Shown piece by piece: positions 1 through 15,200 of a stretch of 64,000 nucleotides of DNA. Every line of letters starts with the position of its first letter. The stretch's first letter is position 1. The stretch spans positions 139,462-203,461 of the forward strand of contig NMRA01000482.1 in NCBI GenBank assembly GCA_002633005.1. The letters are read 5' to 3'. The DNA comes from Phoronis australis (taxonomy: Eukaryota > Animalia > Phoronida). The notes beneath the pieces were generated by a model. That model saw nothing but the letters and a program-made list of their open reading frames with translations, was not told where the DNA came from and made no database searches. The position numbers and the translations under genes were made by a program.

Positions 1-2427
1 AACTGGGAAATGGTATTTTGGCTGATTATCTTTGTCTAGTAGTGACAGTGGCACTTCTGTCTTCAGGCTTCAAATGCTTGGCTGCCTCGATTGAAATGCA
101 AGGTTGCTGTGAACAGAAACTTTGTTAAAAATAAGAACTTATAACTGTACACTAGTGTACTAGAAGTGTTTTTTTTTTCTGGGAAATTTACAACTGTTGT
201 GAAACGAAAAATTTATGCTGTTTCTCTTTAATAAGAATTCTTACCAATTTCTTTGTAATTTTTTCCTTTTCAGTCCTTGTCAAATCTTATCATTGTTTTG
301 TAATTTAATTACAGTACAATTCTTGGACAATTTCATCTAGAGATACATTATGCTTGTTCTTGATCTGAACTCTAAAGAAGTCTACTGGTTATTGAAAGTT
401 GTTCATTTTTGAGAAAAACCACCTTTTCCAATGTCTGGTATTTAGTATCGGTTCTTTGTATGCGCCCTCTATGGTCGCATATTATCATCATTCTGTCCAG
501 TTGTCTGCTCAATATCTGAAAAAAAATCCTGGCCAATTCTTGATAAAATTTGGCACAAGGGTGCAGGACATCACTAGAAAGGAGCATGTCATTTTTTTAA
601 TCTGCCCGCAGGTTCAGAGGGGCGGGGCTTTTCAATGTTTTTGAGGTAAAGATCATTTCTGGGTGATATTTAAAGAACTGATGGATGAATTTTCAATGAA
701 ACTTTACCAGTAGTTTTAAACGTTTTGATTTAATGTTAGTTTTAAATGCTTGTTGTCAACTCATTGTCTTTTGTACCTTTCGTGGAACTGATAAGCACCC
801 CTAGAAACATACCGTTTGCTCTGTGCGCACATATCAACACTGCATGTTGCACTTGTTGATTTGTTTTATTATTTCTTAATATTAAATCTTCTCTACCTCG
901 TGAAATGGATTATAATCCCACAAAGCAGAATTGTACTAGACTAACTGGGGTTTCCCCATTAATCAAAATGGGAGTTGATTAAATAACATTGCGTATCCCT
1001 CAGAAGATATTTATGGGTCGGAATAATTTGAGTGAGCTATACAGCAGCACACAGCCTGTCATCTATGTCTCTATTAGCAGACCTCAGTCTTGCTCTTTGT
1101 CTACAGCTTGTCTTTAATTTCAGACAGCTGCACTGCTTGACTTCCTAAAACAGTTTTGAAGTGGCGATGTAACACCATTTATAAATAAGCATGTTGGTCT
1201 ACTTACTCCAACATCTAAACTATTTACGTTCATGACAGGATGTTTTAGTCGGTCATTTTTCCGGCCATCTTCAGGTGTTACATCATTTGTAGAAGAACGA
1301 GCACTGGTATCTGGTATACTGATTGTGGGCACTCAGATTATAAGTTTGAGCCTGGACATTTTGAGTGTCAGTCCAGCACTTTAAGTACTAAGTCTCTTCG
1401 CATAAAGGGTGATGATTTATGTTTCAAATATATGTTGACAAGGAGGTTAGGCTGTATCTTTTACTGTTTGACTGGCTAAAAAGTATTGAATTAAGCCTTT
1501 TTTCTTTAAAATCGATCTCGTAATATTTCTTACCATTTCTGTTTGCAACATGAACATCGAAACCAGCGGCAACTCTAGAAAACCCTTCAAACTATTGGCG
1601 TTGGCCAACTGTAAAGGGAAAGTCGAAAATAGTGCTTGTACGTCATTGAAAAGAGCGCTTGTATGCATTTGAGACATTTTCATTTTGCCATTTCAGCGTT
1701 GCAATAGGTTATTGGCCATCTACTGGCATTCATCACAGGTTGTGTGTGACATTGTTATCAAACGGCAAAATGTTTTAGTTACTAGTATAGAACTTCTTTT
1801 CACCAGATGCTGTATTATCTTGAGAATTGATAATTCTTTCATGTAATAGTTTTTTGCTCTCCTTCTAAAGCTCTCCATTGTTCAACTGAACTCAAAGTAG
1901 TATGTCTTTCAGGTACATGTAAAATGCCTTCCTAATGCCGGTGGCATCACTGTGGTCATTCAAGGACCTCTGTTGCTCAGAAGCGAAACTTCAGTGTGCA
2001 ACTCCTGAGGAAGAATGGGCACTTTGTTGGTCTTGTATTAATGTAGTTCAATGTTGATTTTTGTGCGTGAAAGTCTATCTCACAAGTGCTAATAATGGAT
2101 TGGCTAGGCACCGGTTCGTGAGTGGTGTGTCCTTGCAAAACTGAGTGATCCGAGCTGATCGTCACTCAAATCCCTTAGCTGCTACTAGGATGTCGATTAC
2201 AGTGCTATGATTGTCCTTGTTTTGATGTCGACTTTTGCAAATGGCTTTTCAAGACACTATATAATAGGGTCCAGTAAGCTGTGTGTGAACGGTGCTCCAT
2301 CTTTTGGTCAGCATTTGAATTTGATTGCCCAGTCTGACTGCCACTCATGTGCCACTTGTCTGTCATACGAGTTAGTAACTGTACGTTGTAATGATACCAT
2401 CTTCCGTCAGGTTCTGTTTGATGGAAA

Positions 2428-2659
2428 GTGACTTAAGACAGACAGAAATTTGGTCTTACGCTTCCACTTCACAATTGTTGAATAAAGGTTTAGCCAAGTA
2501 ATTATGGGCGTGTCACAGTCCAGAAATAAGTTATAGAAATTATCGCAATAAATAGCATATTTTCAGAGACTTTTTTTGCTTAAATGTGATTTAATTATTT
2601 TTTTGATAAGTAGTTGTGTGCAGTGTAAGACCAAATTTCTGACTTGAGTCTTAAGTCAC
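2428..2659. mobile_element. Degenerate TIR element (gtgacttaagac...cagaaatttggtcttac arms)
   Basis: Inverted arms 2428-2458 / 2625-2659, weaker similarity extending outward. Confidence 0.6.
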
Positions 2660-5600
2660 CTTTTGTAAAACAGGTCCCAGTTGTACATTGGCCATCCTCA
2701 TGCAAGCTAACTCGCTTAACTCTTCATCTGCGGTACTGACCAAGAAGCGACGATTTATTTGATGGACAACTTCAGCATAAGTTGATGTTTTGACAAGTTA
2801 CATTCTGCACATGCCTTTTACGTGCCTTTGCCTTTCTGGATCAAACTTCACATTAGTGTCTCCAGAAGAAAACCAACTTTTATAAGGAGTTCGTTGTTTG
2901 ACTTAACTTGTTTTGGATTAATGTTATTAAAATAATAGTGAATAGTTTATTTTAATGCTTGTCCATTCTAGTCAAATCCAATTATACAGTAACTGGTACA
3001 ATTTCCCATTGATCCTGAATACAGCTTTTCTTGCATACAGAAATCAATAGCAATAACCAACTCATATTCTAAAGATCCAAAATCCCTTTTTCTGTTCAAA
3101 CAAAATGATAAAAGAAGGTCATTGTTTGGACATCCAAAAACGACGCGATGTGGATGCCAAATCATAAACAAGTTTTATTACAAACCAATTTAGTCATAGT
3201 ATATTCATTTGGTCTTTTAACATATCACCTCAAATTTTGTCAGAATTCAATATGGAATTTTTATGGTTAGTTCAAAATTTTGACTTGATAGAGCACCAAC
3301 ACATTTTTGGACAATTCATAGTGATACTTACTAATATGAAGCTGAAGATTGGAATTACAATATGCAACTATACACAAGGCAGTAACTTACAGTGTTGCCA
3401 TTCTAATTATAGAGATGGAGGGAACTAATTCTGCAATTAAACTGGTGAAAACAAAGAAAAGAAAATTGATAATAGTTACATATTGTAGAAAATGTGTTAT
3501 GAAGAGTGAAAGCCAGCCAGGGAAATTTCATCAGTTGAGATCTCACTTTGACAGAACATGCTTTGAAACAATTCTTGTTACAATGCTCAGCCATGCCATG
3601 AATTCCCTGAGCACTTGAGTGTAATGGTCTGCTTTTGAGTGACAAGTACATGCAAAACGCATGTCTGAACTGCGAATGGGCACGTTTGCGGGACCAAAGA
3701 AAAGGCGACGCCTTATGCGGACTGACATGTTATGTGGTGCTGAGTTAAGTGAGTAAGATTGTAGTTTCATTTATTGCATTTCCACACTCATCAAGGTCTA
3801 TGCCACTATCTGGCTTATTGCTTGCCCCTGAATTTTCTTTTTGCTTTTAGACGTCCGTACTTTGTTTTGCCTCACGCCTTAATTGTACAATCTGGATGTT
3901 TAATATGCAAGAAGCTCTCCTCGTATTTTGCCTCCAGTCTTTAATCCATTAAACGCTGACCATCTGAGTCAAAATCTGATGTTCATGTAGAGTTTCAAGT
4001 CAGTGACCACATTTCATTCAGAAATCTGTGTTTGAGTAAACCCCCACCGTCAAATTATTTTCGAAAATTTTGTTTTGAAACACGCGCACTGTTGATTACC
4101 ACCCTTATTTATGAGCTTCTCAACGTCAATATCCAGGGCAGTATCCCACGGTATGTGGAGTAGTTGTTGAATAATGTGTACTATAATACAAACGCAGTCT
4201 TCGGTTGTTTCACAAAAATAATGGTCAAAACGTAATTTGCCATTTTTCAAAAGTTGATCAGTTTCAAATTACCACAAATAATGTAAAATTTACCAAAAAA
4301 GTTGTTTTATAACCTCAACACTGTGCAAACTAAGCTACATGTGGTGATATACTAAATTTTTCTTAATCTTTATTTTTGTGGAAAAAAATGACAAAATAGA
4401 ATTTCACTTGAATGTGGGCCACATTGTGTGCTAAATAAGTGTAGACACAGCGTAAGACAAATTCATGATGTCACATGGCAGTCATTGTTAGAAGTCGTGT
4501 GAGGCAGTTTCAAGATTGTGATATTGTCGTGATACGAGCTGTAGTTGTGGTTAGATGTTTTAATCTTGTGAATGTGTAAATGCTCTGATTAGATAATGTA
4601 CATACCATACATCCAGTGACATACTTTATTAAGAAATTATAATTTTGTGGAAAGAATTACTTGTACATTTTCCCCGAAGTTTTACAGTTGCCTGGCTCCT
4701 ACTGGGGAATCGTGATTTTGTGATTCCGTCAAAAATTTTGTCGCCATTTCTTTGTGTTCCTGGACAGTCGTCATGACCTAAAGCCTTGGCTCAAAAGGTG
4801 TTTGTTCTTTGTATAGTAATGCTGATGGTAAACAATTTGGAGCTCCACAATAGAAACTCAAAAGCTTTACCAGTGTTCAATCAGGTCCATGTGACCTAAT
4901 GGACATGAACATTATGTTACAATGCTCTCATTACAAATACAAAGAAAAGTTAAAAGCACTATTAAACATGTTCTCCAGTGTCCTTGTTCTGCTGGACTTT
5001 GCCTTATCCCTGCCACCAGGTGGAGCCAGGTGTTGTAACAATCACTTGTAACCACTACACATTGTTCATTCTCACTGGCCATATTCCCTCAGATCGTTTC
5101 TGAACATGTTGCCAGTCTGTGTATGTGCAACAGCAGAACTTGAACCTGACACTGGCTTGCTTACTGTTCACGAATTTCTCTGCAATATTACAAAGAGGTG
5201 TTAGTGAAATTTGTCGGACCTGTGGACAGGTGTCTGTATTTTACCATTGACAAGCGTGGACTTGGTATGTTGACTGGTGGTTGGTTTTAAAAATTATGGA
5301 GAGAGACCTGCCATTTATGATCTGGCTCAGCCATTAATGTGACGAGACCTGTTACACTGCAGCATGATTCAGTGCTCTGTTTGCGTGCCTTATATCGAGT
5401 GTTTTGTTACTAGTGTGGTCCATACTTTGATGTCGCTCACTGGACACATAATTTGAACTGAAAAGCTCTGTTCTCGATCAAAATATGTTGAGCGATATCG
5501 AAATATCATATGTTCGTGTTGTTAAACTTCTATGCTGAATTTCACCACAAAAGCATTTCAGTGTTATAAACTAGGTACTCTTTACTACGCTGATGTTGGA

Positions 5601-8163
5601 GCTTGAGGCCAACTTTGTTTAGTCTTTCAACTGGCAGGAAGGTAGAAATCTAGTAGAGATGACCACTGTTTGAGAAGCCAACTGTATAATTACAACACTT
5701 TACTGTTTACTCATGGAGACTATAATGTAGTATGTGAAAATACTGAAACGTGGTTATATTCTGCATCAAATTTTTGTTTGGTTTTAACCTGTTATCATGG
5801 TGTTGTTACTACATGTTTCTATTCGTGCCTGGGGTATGTTCATTTATGTTTCGTTTAGTATTTGGCTAGTCTGGCGAGATCACATTAAGTCTGCGAGATT
5901 TGCCAGGTAGGGTACATCAAGCAGGGAAGTGATACTACCAGTTTTCACTGGTGGGTGACTGATGTTATTAAATAAGCCTGTTTTAGTGCTTGGCTCACCA
6001 GCAGGAGCACACCTGCTGAGCAACTTAAGTATACTGTCTAGGAGACAAAAAACGCCTGGCATAGCTAATGTATTGCTTCATTCTTATTAAATGAACTGGT
6101 TAGTTAAATGTATATTAAATTTTGTTTAATTTGTTCAGCCAGTCAGTTTGGGGATCAAATCCCGTGGCAAGTGGAAAGCACACTTAGGTGGTTGAAATGT
6201 TGTTGTATTGCAGCTGGTATTCATAGATGATTTGTGTTGATTTTCATTCATTGATTCGTTTATCGTTTTATTTTTTATATTTGAGAAATGTGTTGCGTAT
6301 TCCATTGCATTCATTTACAGGTCAGTCGTTTAATATTTTAATACCTTTAAAAGGACTTGGCATAGCAAAATGTACATTTAAAACACTGTAAGGTTAGATT
6401 GTCTCACTCCCAAGTCAATTATTTATATAGCAGCAAAGTCCTGCGCTAATTAGCTCAAGCCAAAATCACAAACTTCAATCAGTCTGGAATAAATCATGGT
6501 GGCAGTTTGCAGACATTACTACAGCTTACTTCTGACAGTGATTACGAGGAGATATTTGTCTCGATTAAAACTGAAATGCACGAAGAGCCACCTAAAGAAA
6601 CCCCAACTTACTGTGGGATGATTATTTGAGTTAAATGAAGTTCACTGCTTTCATTGCTGGTTGGCTTCTTTGCTGCAGACCAGAAAACTGCTTAAAAACC
6701 CACTGTACTCACTGTAAATATCTTGAAATTAATATGTAAAAACATTGACAACTGAATGATTGAAAGTGCTCCCTGAGACCCTATTATCCAATCCTTAATA
6801 CACATGGCAAAACCATAGCATATTACATGTTCACTGCCGGTGCTGTTACAAGTGTTATGACATTGGGATGTGAGAGAATTTTTCCCACAAACTTTTCAGT
6901 TACATAACTGTTGTGGAAAACCTGTGAATATTTGACCTTATCTATCTTCTAGCACAATATAGAAACTCGCGTTTCTCAAAAACAGCCGATCCTTTTCCTA
7001 TTTTGCATGCATGCTCACTGAACCCACGTGCCACAAACTATGTACAAGGATCGTTTTTGATCTTCTACTTGACCTAAATAGATGTACCAGTAATTTTGCT
7101 TGTAAGGTTTGTGTCACCTTTCAAGTCACGGACACTTCATCAAACAAGTTTTTGACAGTAACAAATTGAAGTTTGTACTTTATGCAGGATTGTGAAAATC
7201 TATTATGTGGATTAGTAACCAACAGTTGAAAAGTTGTTAGAAAAGACACGAGTGCTTGTACTTTTAAGTTAACTTGAGAATTAGTCCCAGTTACACACCT
7301 TCCCGCAGTCAGTATTGCCATGCGTGTGCATGTTGTCAGTCCCAAGGCAATGCTTTGAGCTGTCTCATAAACGAGACATGTTTTGCTAATTGTTATGTAG
7401 TGTGTTAAGTGGAACAAAGCCGCGATCAGGAAATGAGTTGGTGAAAAGTGGAGTCTGGTCATAGTTATTCTGTATGGAGACACGGTGGATCATATTAATC
7501 AGGTCACAAGTTAAGTTTAGTTATACTTCGAGTCATTTGTTAACATATTCTTAGGTTAGCCAGGCATCATCCCTCACAAACTTTATACGTGCTCTAACCA
7601 ACAATACTATTTACAGCATTGTACACTGGTACTCTCTTCTTACTAACACATTTTTACACGTCGAAGAGTTGAATCACATCGCAACAAACCTAGTTTGTAA
7701 CCTTCACTCGCTCACAGTGTGCAGTAAGCTTTGTTTACAGCCAAACTTAGATTACAAGGAAACATGTTTGAGAAAGGTCCTGCAAGAGTTTGTTGTAACG
7801 GGGTTCAACTGCACTAATTTTGTCGGTCTGCTACACTTTCTTGCGATCAGCGATACCCTGTACCCTTACCAAGTCATTGCAGTCATTTAAATGTGGTTGT
7901 AAGACAGAAGATGTGAGGTTTGTGCGAGAGGAAGCCTGGCTTCGCTGTCTCTGTAGGCACAAGTTGTTTTTCATGTGACCCATCCCTCGTCAGCCTCTTC
8001 ATAATCATTATCCACCACTTGAACGTTAACTGTTGCATGGACTTATTTTTGTTGAACATTGTTATGAAGTGTCCTAGGTACTCTGTATATTGAGGAAATA
8101 TATTCAATGTCTCACCTTTTTGTCAGTGTTCTTTTTCACTTTTTGTTCTGAATCAGTTAGAAC

Positions 8164-8169
8164 AATAAA
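8164..8169 (+). terminator. Possible poly(A) signal of a convergent plus-strand transcript
   Basis: AATAAA ending a long T-rich plus-strand region, 255 nt from the ASNSD1 signal. Confidence 0.3.
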
Positions 8170-8423
8170 AAATTTAATCCAATGGTTGGACAGTGTTTGT
8201 AACCCAATGCAACACAACTGCCGGTTGATTTAAACACAACTTTCTATACTCTCAAAAGATAGCTCGTCACAGCAAAGTTCCCAAGTGTGGTTTTGACAAG
8301 TAACCATCCACCAGTTGTTTGCAAAACCAGAAATCACCTCAGGTGGGTCACAACAAATTTGATACTTATCTTAAAGTGGCAATTGGTCTAAATTAAAATT
8401 CAATGTCTTTGACAAAGTGTGTG

Positions 8424-8429
8424 TTTATT
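8424..8429 (-). terminator. Probable ASNSD1 polyadenylation signal AATAAA
   Basis: Canonical minus-strand AATAAA about 620 nt after the stop codon. Confidence 0.5.
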
Positions 8430-9052
8430 GACCCTTTAAAACACAAAATTCGCATTAAAAGAACTGAACATTTTCATTTTATACGTCAAGAAAATGCCAG
8501 CGACTCTTGACATTTTATCCACCTAGGTTTTCTATGTATTTGCAAAGGCCCAAACTACAATGCTAACATTCTTGTTGTAGAGCATTATACATGCAGGCCA
8601 CATGACCAGATTCATGCACGACACAAAACACTGAAACTTGGAATAACCCCTCGGCTGGTACATGAAAAAGACTTCCACAGGCCTCGGTGTGAGCATTCCG
8701 AGCCTTACTTTTTGTGTTTCCTTGGAGGAATTTCTAAGCACTACATATTGTAGGAAGAATGCGACAATAACTGGTACAAAACAATCCATCTCAAAAAAAC
8801 AAAGATGCATTACACTACTCGTGTCATGAAAGACACTGCCCTCTTCAGCCGCTAAGCGAGAGCACAGTATTGGCGACTACTGACACACCTTCAGAACAAG
8901 CAGTTTGAACAGCTTTAGGTTTACTATGATCTATTCTTATCAAATAGTAACAACACCAAACAAGTCTCTCATTTCATGTGATTAGCATACATTAACCCAG
9001 TTATGACTCCACACTGCACTAATGTATTCAAAAAGCTACTTCCAAACTTGCG

Positions 9053-9244
9053 TCATGACTTTGCTTCAACGAGCCTTGCGCACACGTCACCAGCCTTCTC
9101 TTTCCTGTTTTCCGCCTTTGCTATCCGTGACCCAAACTGTATGGCCCTCTTGGGGAGGACAGCCGCACCCCTCAGGCCCAATTGGCTGGCCGTCAGACGA
9201 AGCAACAGTTTCTCCCCGACACCGCGGGGCAAGGTGAGATCTAC
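9053..9244 (-). CDS. ASNSD1: ASNSD1 terminal coding exon ([16 protein letters not shown]...[13 protein letters not shown]...EAKS*)
   Basis: cattgcag acceptor; conserved C-terminal motifs; TGA at 9053-9055. Confidence 0.95.
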   Translation of the reverse strand, partial: VDLTLPRGVGEKLLLRLTASQLGLRGAAVLPKRAIQFGSRIAKAENRKEKAGDVCARLVEAKS

Positions 9245-12200
9245 CTGCAATGAAAGTGGAGATAGCTCTTACGAAAGGAAATAGTGGAAAGTCTGAACAA
9301 TTGAAAATTTCTAAGACATGCTAACATTAGATATCACGTGAACCAACGTTAAAGAAAAGTTTTACTGTAGGCTGCTTTACAAACAAAACTGACATAATAT
9401 TTAGCCCCAATTTTGTACCTTGTTAATGTCTTGAAGTCCATCTCTGTTGTTTACTCTACAGCAGTTCACTTGCGGACAGATACATGTATGTGAACTGTGA
9501 ATTTCATAAAACCAGTAGTTGAACCAACAGACAGTCTAGTCAACACAAAGGAGAATTATGGCAGTGTACAATTTCTGGATTACCTTTTCACTGATATGGA
9601 GAGCATTCAGAAACGACACAACATCCTCATCAAGGTACGGAAAACGGGCCTCCATACCGTGGTCAGAGATCACTCTAAAAATGTAAACATAATCTTGGCA
9701 ATTGAATTAGAATTCATAGGTAGAGGTACTGTTTACAGATAAGTTGACTTGACATCTACCCACTGGAAAATGTGTCCGATTAATAATGTCAAACAAGTGT
9801 CAATTTTCTGTGATGCTATGGATATGGAATTGCATGTTAGCTCGCATTAAGTCTTTGCAAGACAACGTTTTGTGGTGTAACAAGTAAAAATAGTAAAATG
9901 TAGACATACTTGTTACATTTTACCATGAAGAAACCTTAGTCAGAGTGTAAATGGGAAAGAGTTAGGAGATACTTTAGATAGGAAACAAAAAAAATTATAT
10001 CCATTGCCTATTAATATGAAAATACAAACTAAGGATCCCAATGTTAGATGGTTCCAAGTTAGATAATTACAAAAAAAGGATTATTGCAACAAATACTTCT
10101 TTTAGTCAAAATCCAAGTTTGGGATTCTAATTTATGTTCCATTTGTAATAAAGCTATAGAGATGCTGTCACACCTTTTTGGGAATGTTGCCCTGTACAAG
10201 ATTTTTGAAAGGAATTCAGAGTGACTTTAATAAACTACTTCAATAGTGTCACACTCAGCTTCCCTACTGTTTTTTCTTTACTAATGCGTTATTGTCAGAC
10301 TTTTATGAGGCAAAAGATTTTCTGTTAACATTTTGCTATTACTCTCCAAACAGGACATTTACAAGATGTCACAAAACACCTAATATTCACAAGTTTGTTA
10401 CATACTCATGTGTTTTATGCTGAAAGTTTTTTGTACATAAAAATTTTGCGTGTGACAGCTTTTCTGGGAAATGGGATAATTTTAATGTTCACGTTAACTC
10501 TACGTAGCAGTTTTAAACTAATTACAAGAATGGTCTTTCCTGAGATGTGCATGCATGTATGAATGGATGTTTTTGTGTTTTGTACTTGCTTATCAATGAT
10601 AATAAGTTTAATGTAAAGAACAGTGAAACAAATTAAAGTTATCTGGACACCATATAAATCCAAGACATAACATCCACTTGAAAACTTTGGTAAACAATCA
10701 TGCTAATTGATTGGCTGGTTCATGACCAACCTCCAGTCCGTTACTTTCTGAGTGACAGAAGTATAATTTTAAGGAAGGATTAGTACAAAAATTCTGAAAT
10801 TTTTCTCTTCAATTACAAAAAAACCTTCCTCATGCAGCCAGATAACAATAGAGGTCACCTGTCCCAAGTGAGTAAAAAGTGGGCACTGGCCCGTGAAAGT
10901 CATTTAATATCTCACCGGTCATCGCGGCCCAAATTCCTGGCTGATATCCGTTTGATCTCCATATCAATTTCATCAACAAGACCTTGCCAACCCTCCTGTC
11001 TAAAAACAAAAGGAATTGCACTGTATCAGTTCACAATGATCTTTTAGCAAAGACGGATCAAGTTTGCACAAGCACGATTGACCCTTAAAATATTAACTAA
11101 CAGTGTTGACTTCCCAGTACTTCTTTTTTAAGATCTGTTGCCTTTACTCTTACTGGATGAATCAACTCACAAATCAACCTACAGCACCACTATTAATGAA
11201 CGCAACAGGTCAGAGTTCACAGCAAGTGAGAGTGAATGTGTAGGACTCTTGAGGTAAACAATTTTTGAAACTGTAACACACTATGACATTTATGGCACAT
11301 ACTATTAACAAGTGCTTTCCATCCTTGCTTTGGTGATTAGTCTGGAAGTGGAACGCTCTATTAATAATTCTCAATTAAACAAGTCCATGTGCGCTAAAGC
11401 CTAATTAAATCTGTGCCTAAGTGAGTTTCAATTCTCCCTACTCTGACAATAGAACGTCAGCTGATGTTACTGCTCTAATTAAGAAGGGGTCATGACAGGG
11501 CCATGAAGCTCACCCAGTCACGATTCTTACACTCTGATGAGACACGACTTCACTTTGATAAATCCTCCTTTTTCTAGCCCACTAAAAGTAATCTGGTACA
11601 TGGTTACACAGAGTATAACATTCTTTTAAAGCAAGTCTTTTTACTGTTAGCCAGCAGCCACACAGTCAAATTATGAGAGAATCACTAGGGATTACAGGCA
11701 TGACCAGACATCCCAAGCTGGTCCATTGAAATCAATGGGCTACTGCCTTTGCATTAGGAAACTAGTTCCTTTGTTCTATGACCTAACAGCGAAGAATTTC
11801 CACTTACCTAGGTCCACAGATGGAGCAAGCTGTAAGGGATACAAATTTACAACACGTTCTTACCCAAATCGTCCTCTGTGCCTGGAATAACCACCAAACT
11901 GCTCATCAGCCCCCATACCAACCAAGACAACCTGAACACAGAAAGGAGATATAATTGTTTTTATTTTATTGCGGCATCACAACCCCTTCTATTAACAGCT
12001 GATGTTATTAGACATGTTTAAACTGCTAATTCTTACTGTCCTCACTCAAATTAAGTACGTCTGCAACAGAAGTGACATAGTTGCTACATACCGATTTCAC
12101 GCGCGCACCCAGCCTTCAAATATGGGGGGGGCTCGAATTCCCGACGTGGACTATTTGCTAACAAAAGAGCGGGCGGACTAAGAAAAAAAAAGGGAGTGCC

Positions 12201-15200
12201 CCTGTGAATTGCGACTTTGCGCTTATTTAGTGGACTTTTGTCCCATTTTCTTGGACTTTTTGTCTCTCGGGGGCAGACTTTTTGCCCACTTCGCTAATTC
12301 GAGCCCCCCTGGGTGCGCGCATGGATTTCCAGCAACTTTTTTATACTAACGTCAGACAATGTCAAAGCACCTGTTTCCTTAGTGACCAATTACACAAAAA
12401 CATAAAAATTGAGACTATAAGCCAACAAAGTCACTTTGAGAAATCTGAGTGCATTATCAATGACAAGGAAGATGGTGATAAACAGTGCCACCTTTGGGAT
12501 AACAAGCAAGCCACCTTTGGTAAAAAAAAACATTTAAGGCGATGTCTTTCCACTGCTACAATGACAGTTGCGCAAACTATAACTTCAGTTGTAAGTCTGA
12601 TGAATTTTATGTCACGATGCTGTTGAACGCGTACCGATGTATAGCTACATGTATCTTATTGTGTTATGCGGAAATGTACAACTCGTTACACTGGCACCTT
12701 GGGACCCTGACGTGCACAGACTATGTTTTATATGCACTTCAGGCACGGAGATAATATTGTGCTGTGAAACTTAAAGTATTCTATACTTGTATTTAGGAAG
12801 TATTACACTGTTAATTACATCACTTTTTGGCCACAGTAAGATTAAAACACGTACAATCGCCGCACAAATAAAGAAGTTCATGTCCATTCAGTGTCAATGG
12901 TTACCCTCTGAATTGTTTGAATAGCTGTAAAATGCACTTCCTTTCAAAAATGAATGAGGCGGATAACGTAGCTGTTATTGGATCAAAGAAAAGGAAAATT
13001 TTCTTTTCTCTTGGTTACACTGGGCCAAGTAGTATAATAACTGAAACATCAATTATCTCGCCTTATACATTGCATAGACCCAGCTGTTGAGCTGATTGTT
13101 GTTTTCAAACCTCTTTGTTAACTTTCCAATATGCTGTGTAAACTGAAATCATCCATCCCTTTATTAAACAATAGGAATGCTGTTTATAAGGTTGAATGTG
13201 ACAACTGTAAGGATTTCTGTATCTGACTCACACAGAGACACCTCTGGGACAGGCTAAAAGAACATCACACCTCAGACAAAAGCAATTACATCAGTCTATA
13301 GGCACTGTGCTTGTACCAATCACCAAGCCAAGTCAGTTAGTAATATCTGTAGAGAACCTATAAAGGAATTACTGTACATTTAGGAGTCACTGGCCATTCA
13401 GTACCAGCATGCTACCGATTCTCTGAATAACATGCAGAGCTCAGTGATCTTGCAACTATGGTGATGACCTACTAACAGTTCCCTGTATCTCTTGCTACTC
13501 TCATTTCAATACATGGATGCTACCTGACTGGAATGTCGACACTTGCTGTCTTATCCTGATGATGTCTAATGAATAGATGAAATGTTGAATGAACATGAAC
13601 TTTTTAGTTGGGCGACGATTGTCCGTTTTTTAATAATAAAATTACACTTTTGTACGACAGCATGTTTGAGTTTAATTTTTCATTGCTATTAAATTGTTAA
13701 GTAACGTGGCTTTCCATTTCTAAAACATTTTGGGTAATTCCCTTCTTGAACCGCAAATGCTCAAGAACTGTGTTCTTTACTAAGCCGTGGTCACGTACCC
13801 TGGCAGTTGTAGTGTAGGGCTGTCCATTGACAAGCCCTCTACCACGCGATGCGAACCAGACAGCACAACCAATACTATCATCAAGCACGGTATTGAGGGG
13901 ATACACTAAGTTAACGACATCTTCCTGCCGTGCACTCTGAAGCTCATCAAGAGGAATATTTATCTGAAGAGAAAAAATGAAAACGGATTTCATTTACAAA
14001 GTGACAAATGAAAGTAATAGACAGGTTAGACTACTTAACTATGACGACTGTGGACTGCTATAAAATAGAAAAAGCTCTACACGTTTAAACAAATGTATAA
14101 AAACTCGATACTATTTAAAAATACAAACTCCCATGAATATCACTTATAATTTAATAATTAAATATCACTTTAATCTTTAGCTATTAAATATATTTTGTTA
14201 AATTACTGGTGCATAGTTTGTTTACTATCATGTGGTGGAAAATTATAAAGATCATGAAGCGATCAACCTATAGATGGCAGCACAAGGGAGTTATTACCAC
14301 ATTTGGGGATATCACTTAGCAGAACAGGTGCATTCTGTATTTAAACTAACTTCTCAAGTTTGATGGAACTACACAAGATCACACAAAACTAAGCGAAGAT
14401 TTCTAACAGCAAGACTAGTGTTAACCTTATGGAACGTAGCCAAAATAATTATATGTTTGTACAATGAGAAAACACAACATTTAATGATTCGACTTCAAAA
14501 CTAAAAAATATTACTTTGTAATTAGAATACATTCACATACTTACAGAAAACATGTCAAAAGTAAAGGGACACTAAGAAGCTTAATTCTACTTGATTCACA
14601 GAAAGGTTAACAAATTTGAGACAAAATTTGGCACGGATGTTGAAAAGTTGTTGATTTGTACCCATTTCAAACCACTGTGTAAACATACATTGCAAACTCT
14701 TCCATGTCACAGCTTTAGCCTCGTGGAAAGAAAATTTCCACGCATGCACTAATTACCTCCACAAAGTTCCACTTCCTGTCTGGGTTAAGCTCCTTCACCC
14801 CATTCCTACCGGTCACTCGGTCAGGGACAGAGTACGTATCTGGCTCGGATCCATTTCTGCAATGTCAGAAAATAGATCTATCTGGCCACATTGTGCAGCT
14901 ACACTACGTTACTTAGCATTGTAATCTACAATTATTGTACTCTGCACCATATAGCTGCTGGATCTTTCGAAATCAAACAGTTTGACACAGTGGTAATTGC
15001 CAGTAAGTGTGGTTTTGGTTTAGACAGGTGAGTGGAATACTGATATAGGACAGCCAGTATGGTGCAACAATTTGCAGAGTTATGGTAATTTTTTATCTGA
15101 TCAAAAGGTGTCACTGTCCACTCTATGCACAGCAGTTAATAACTGTAATTTCAGCCAAGTGTCAGCAGAAGTCATCAGGAGGCCACCCATGAGAAATTCC

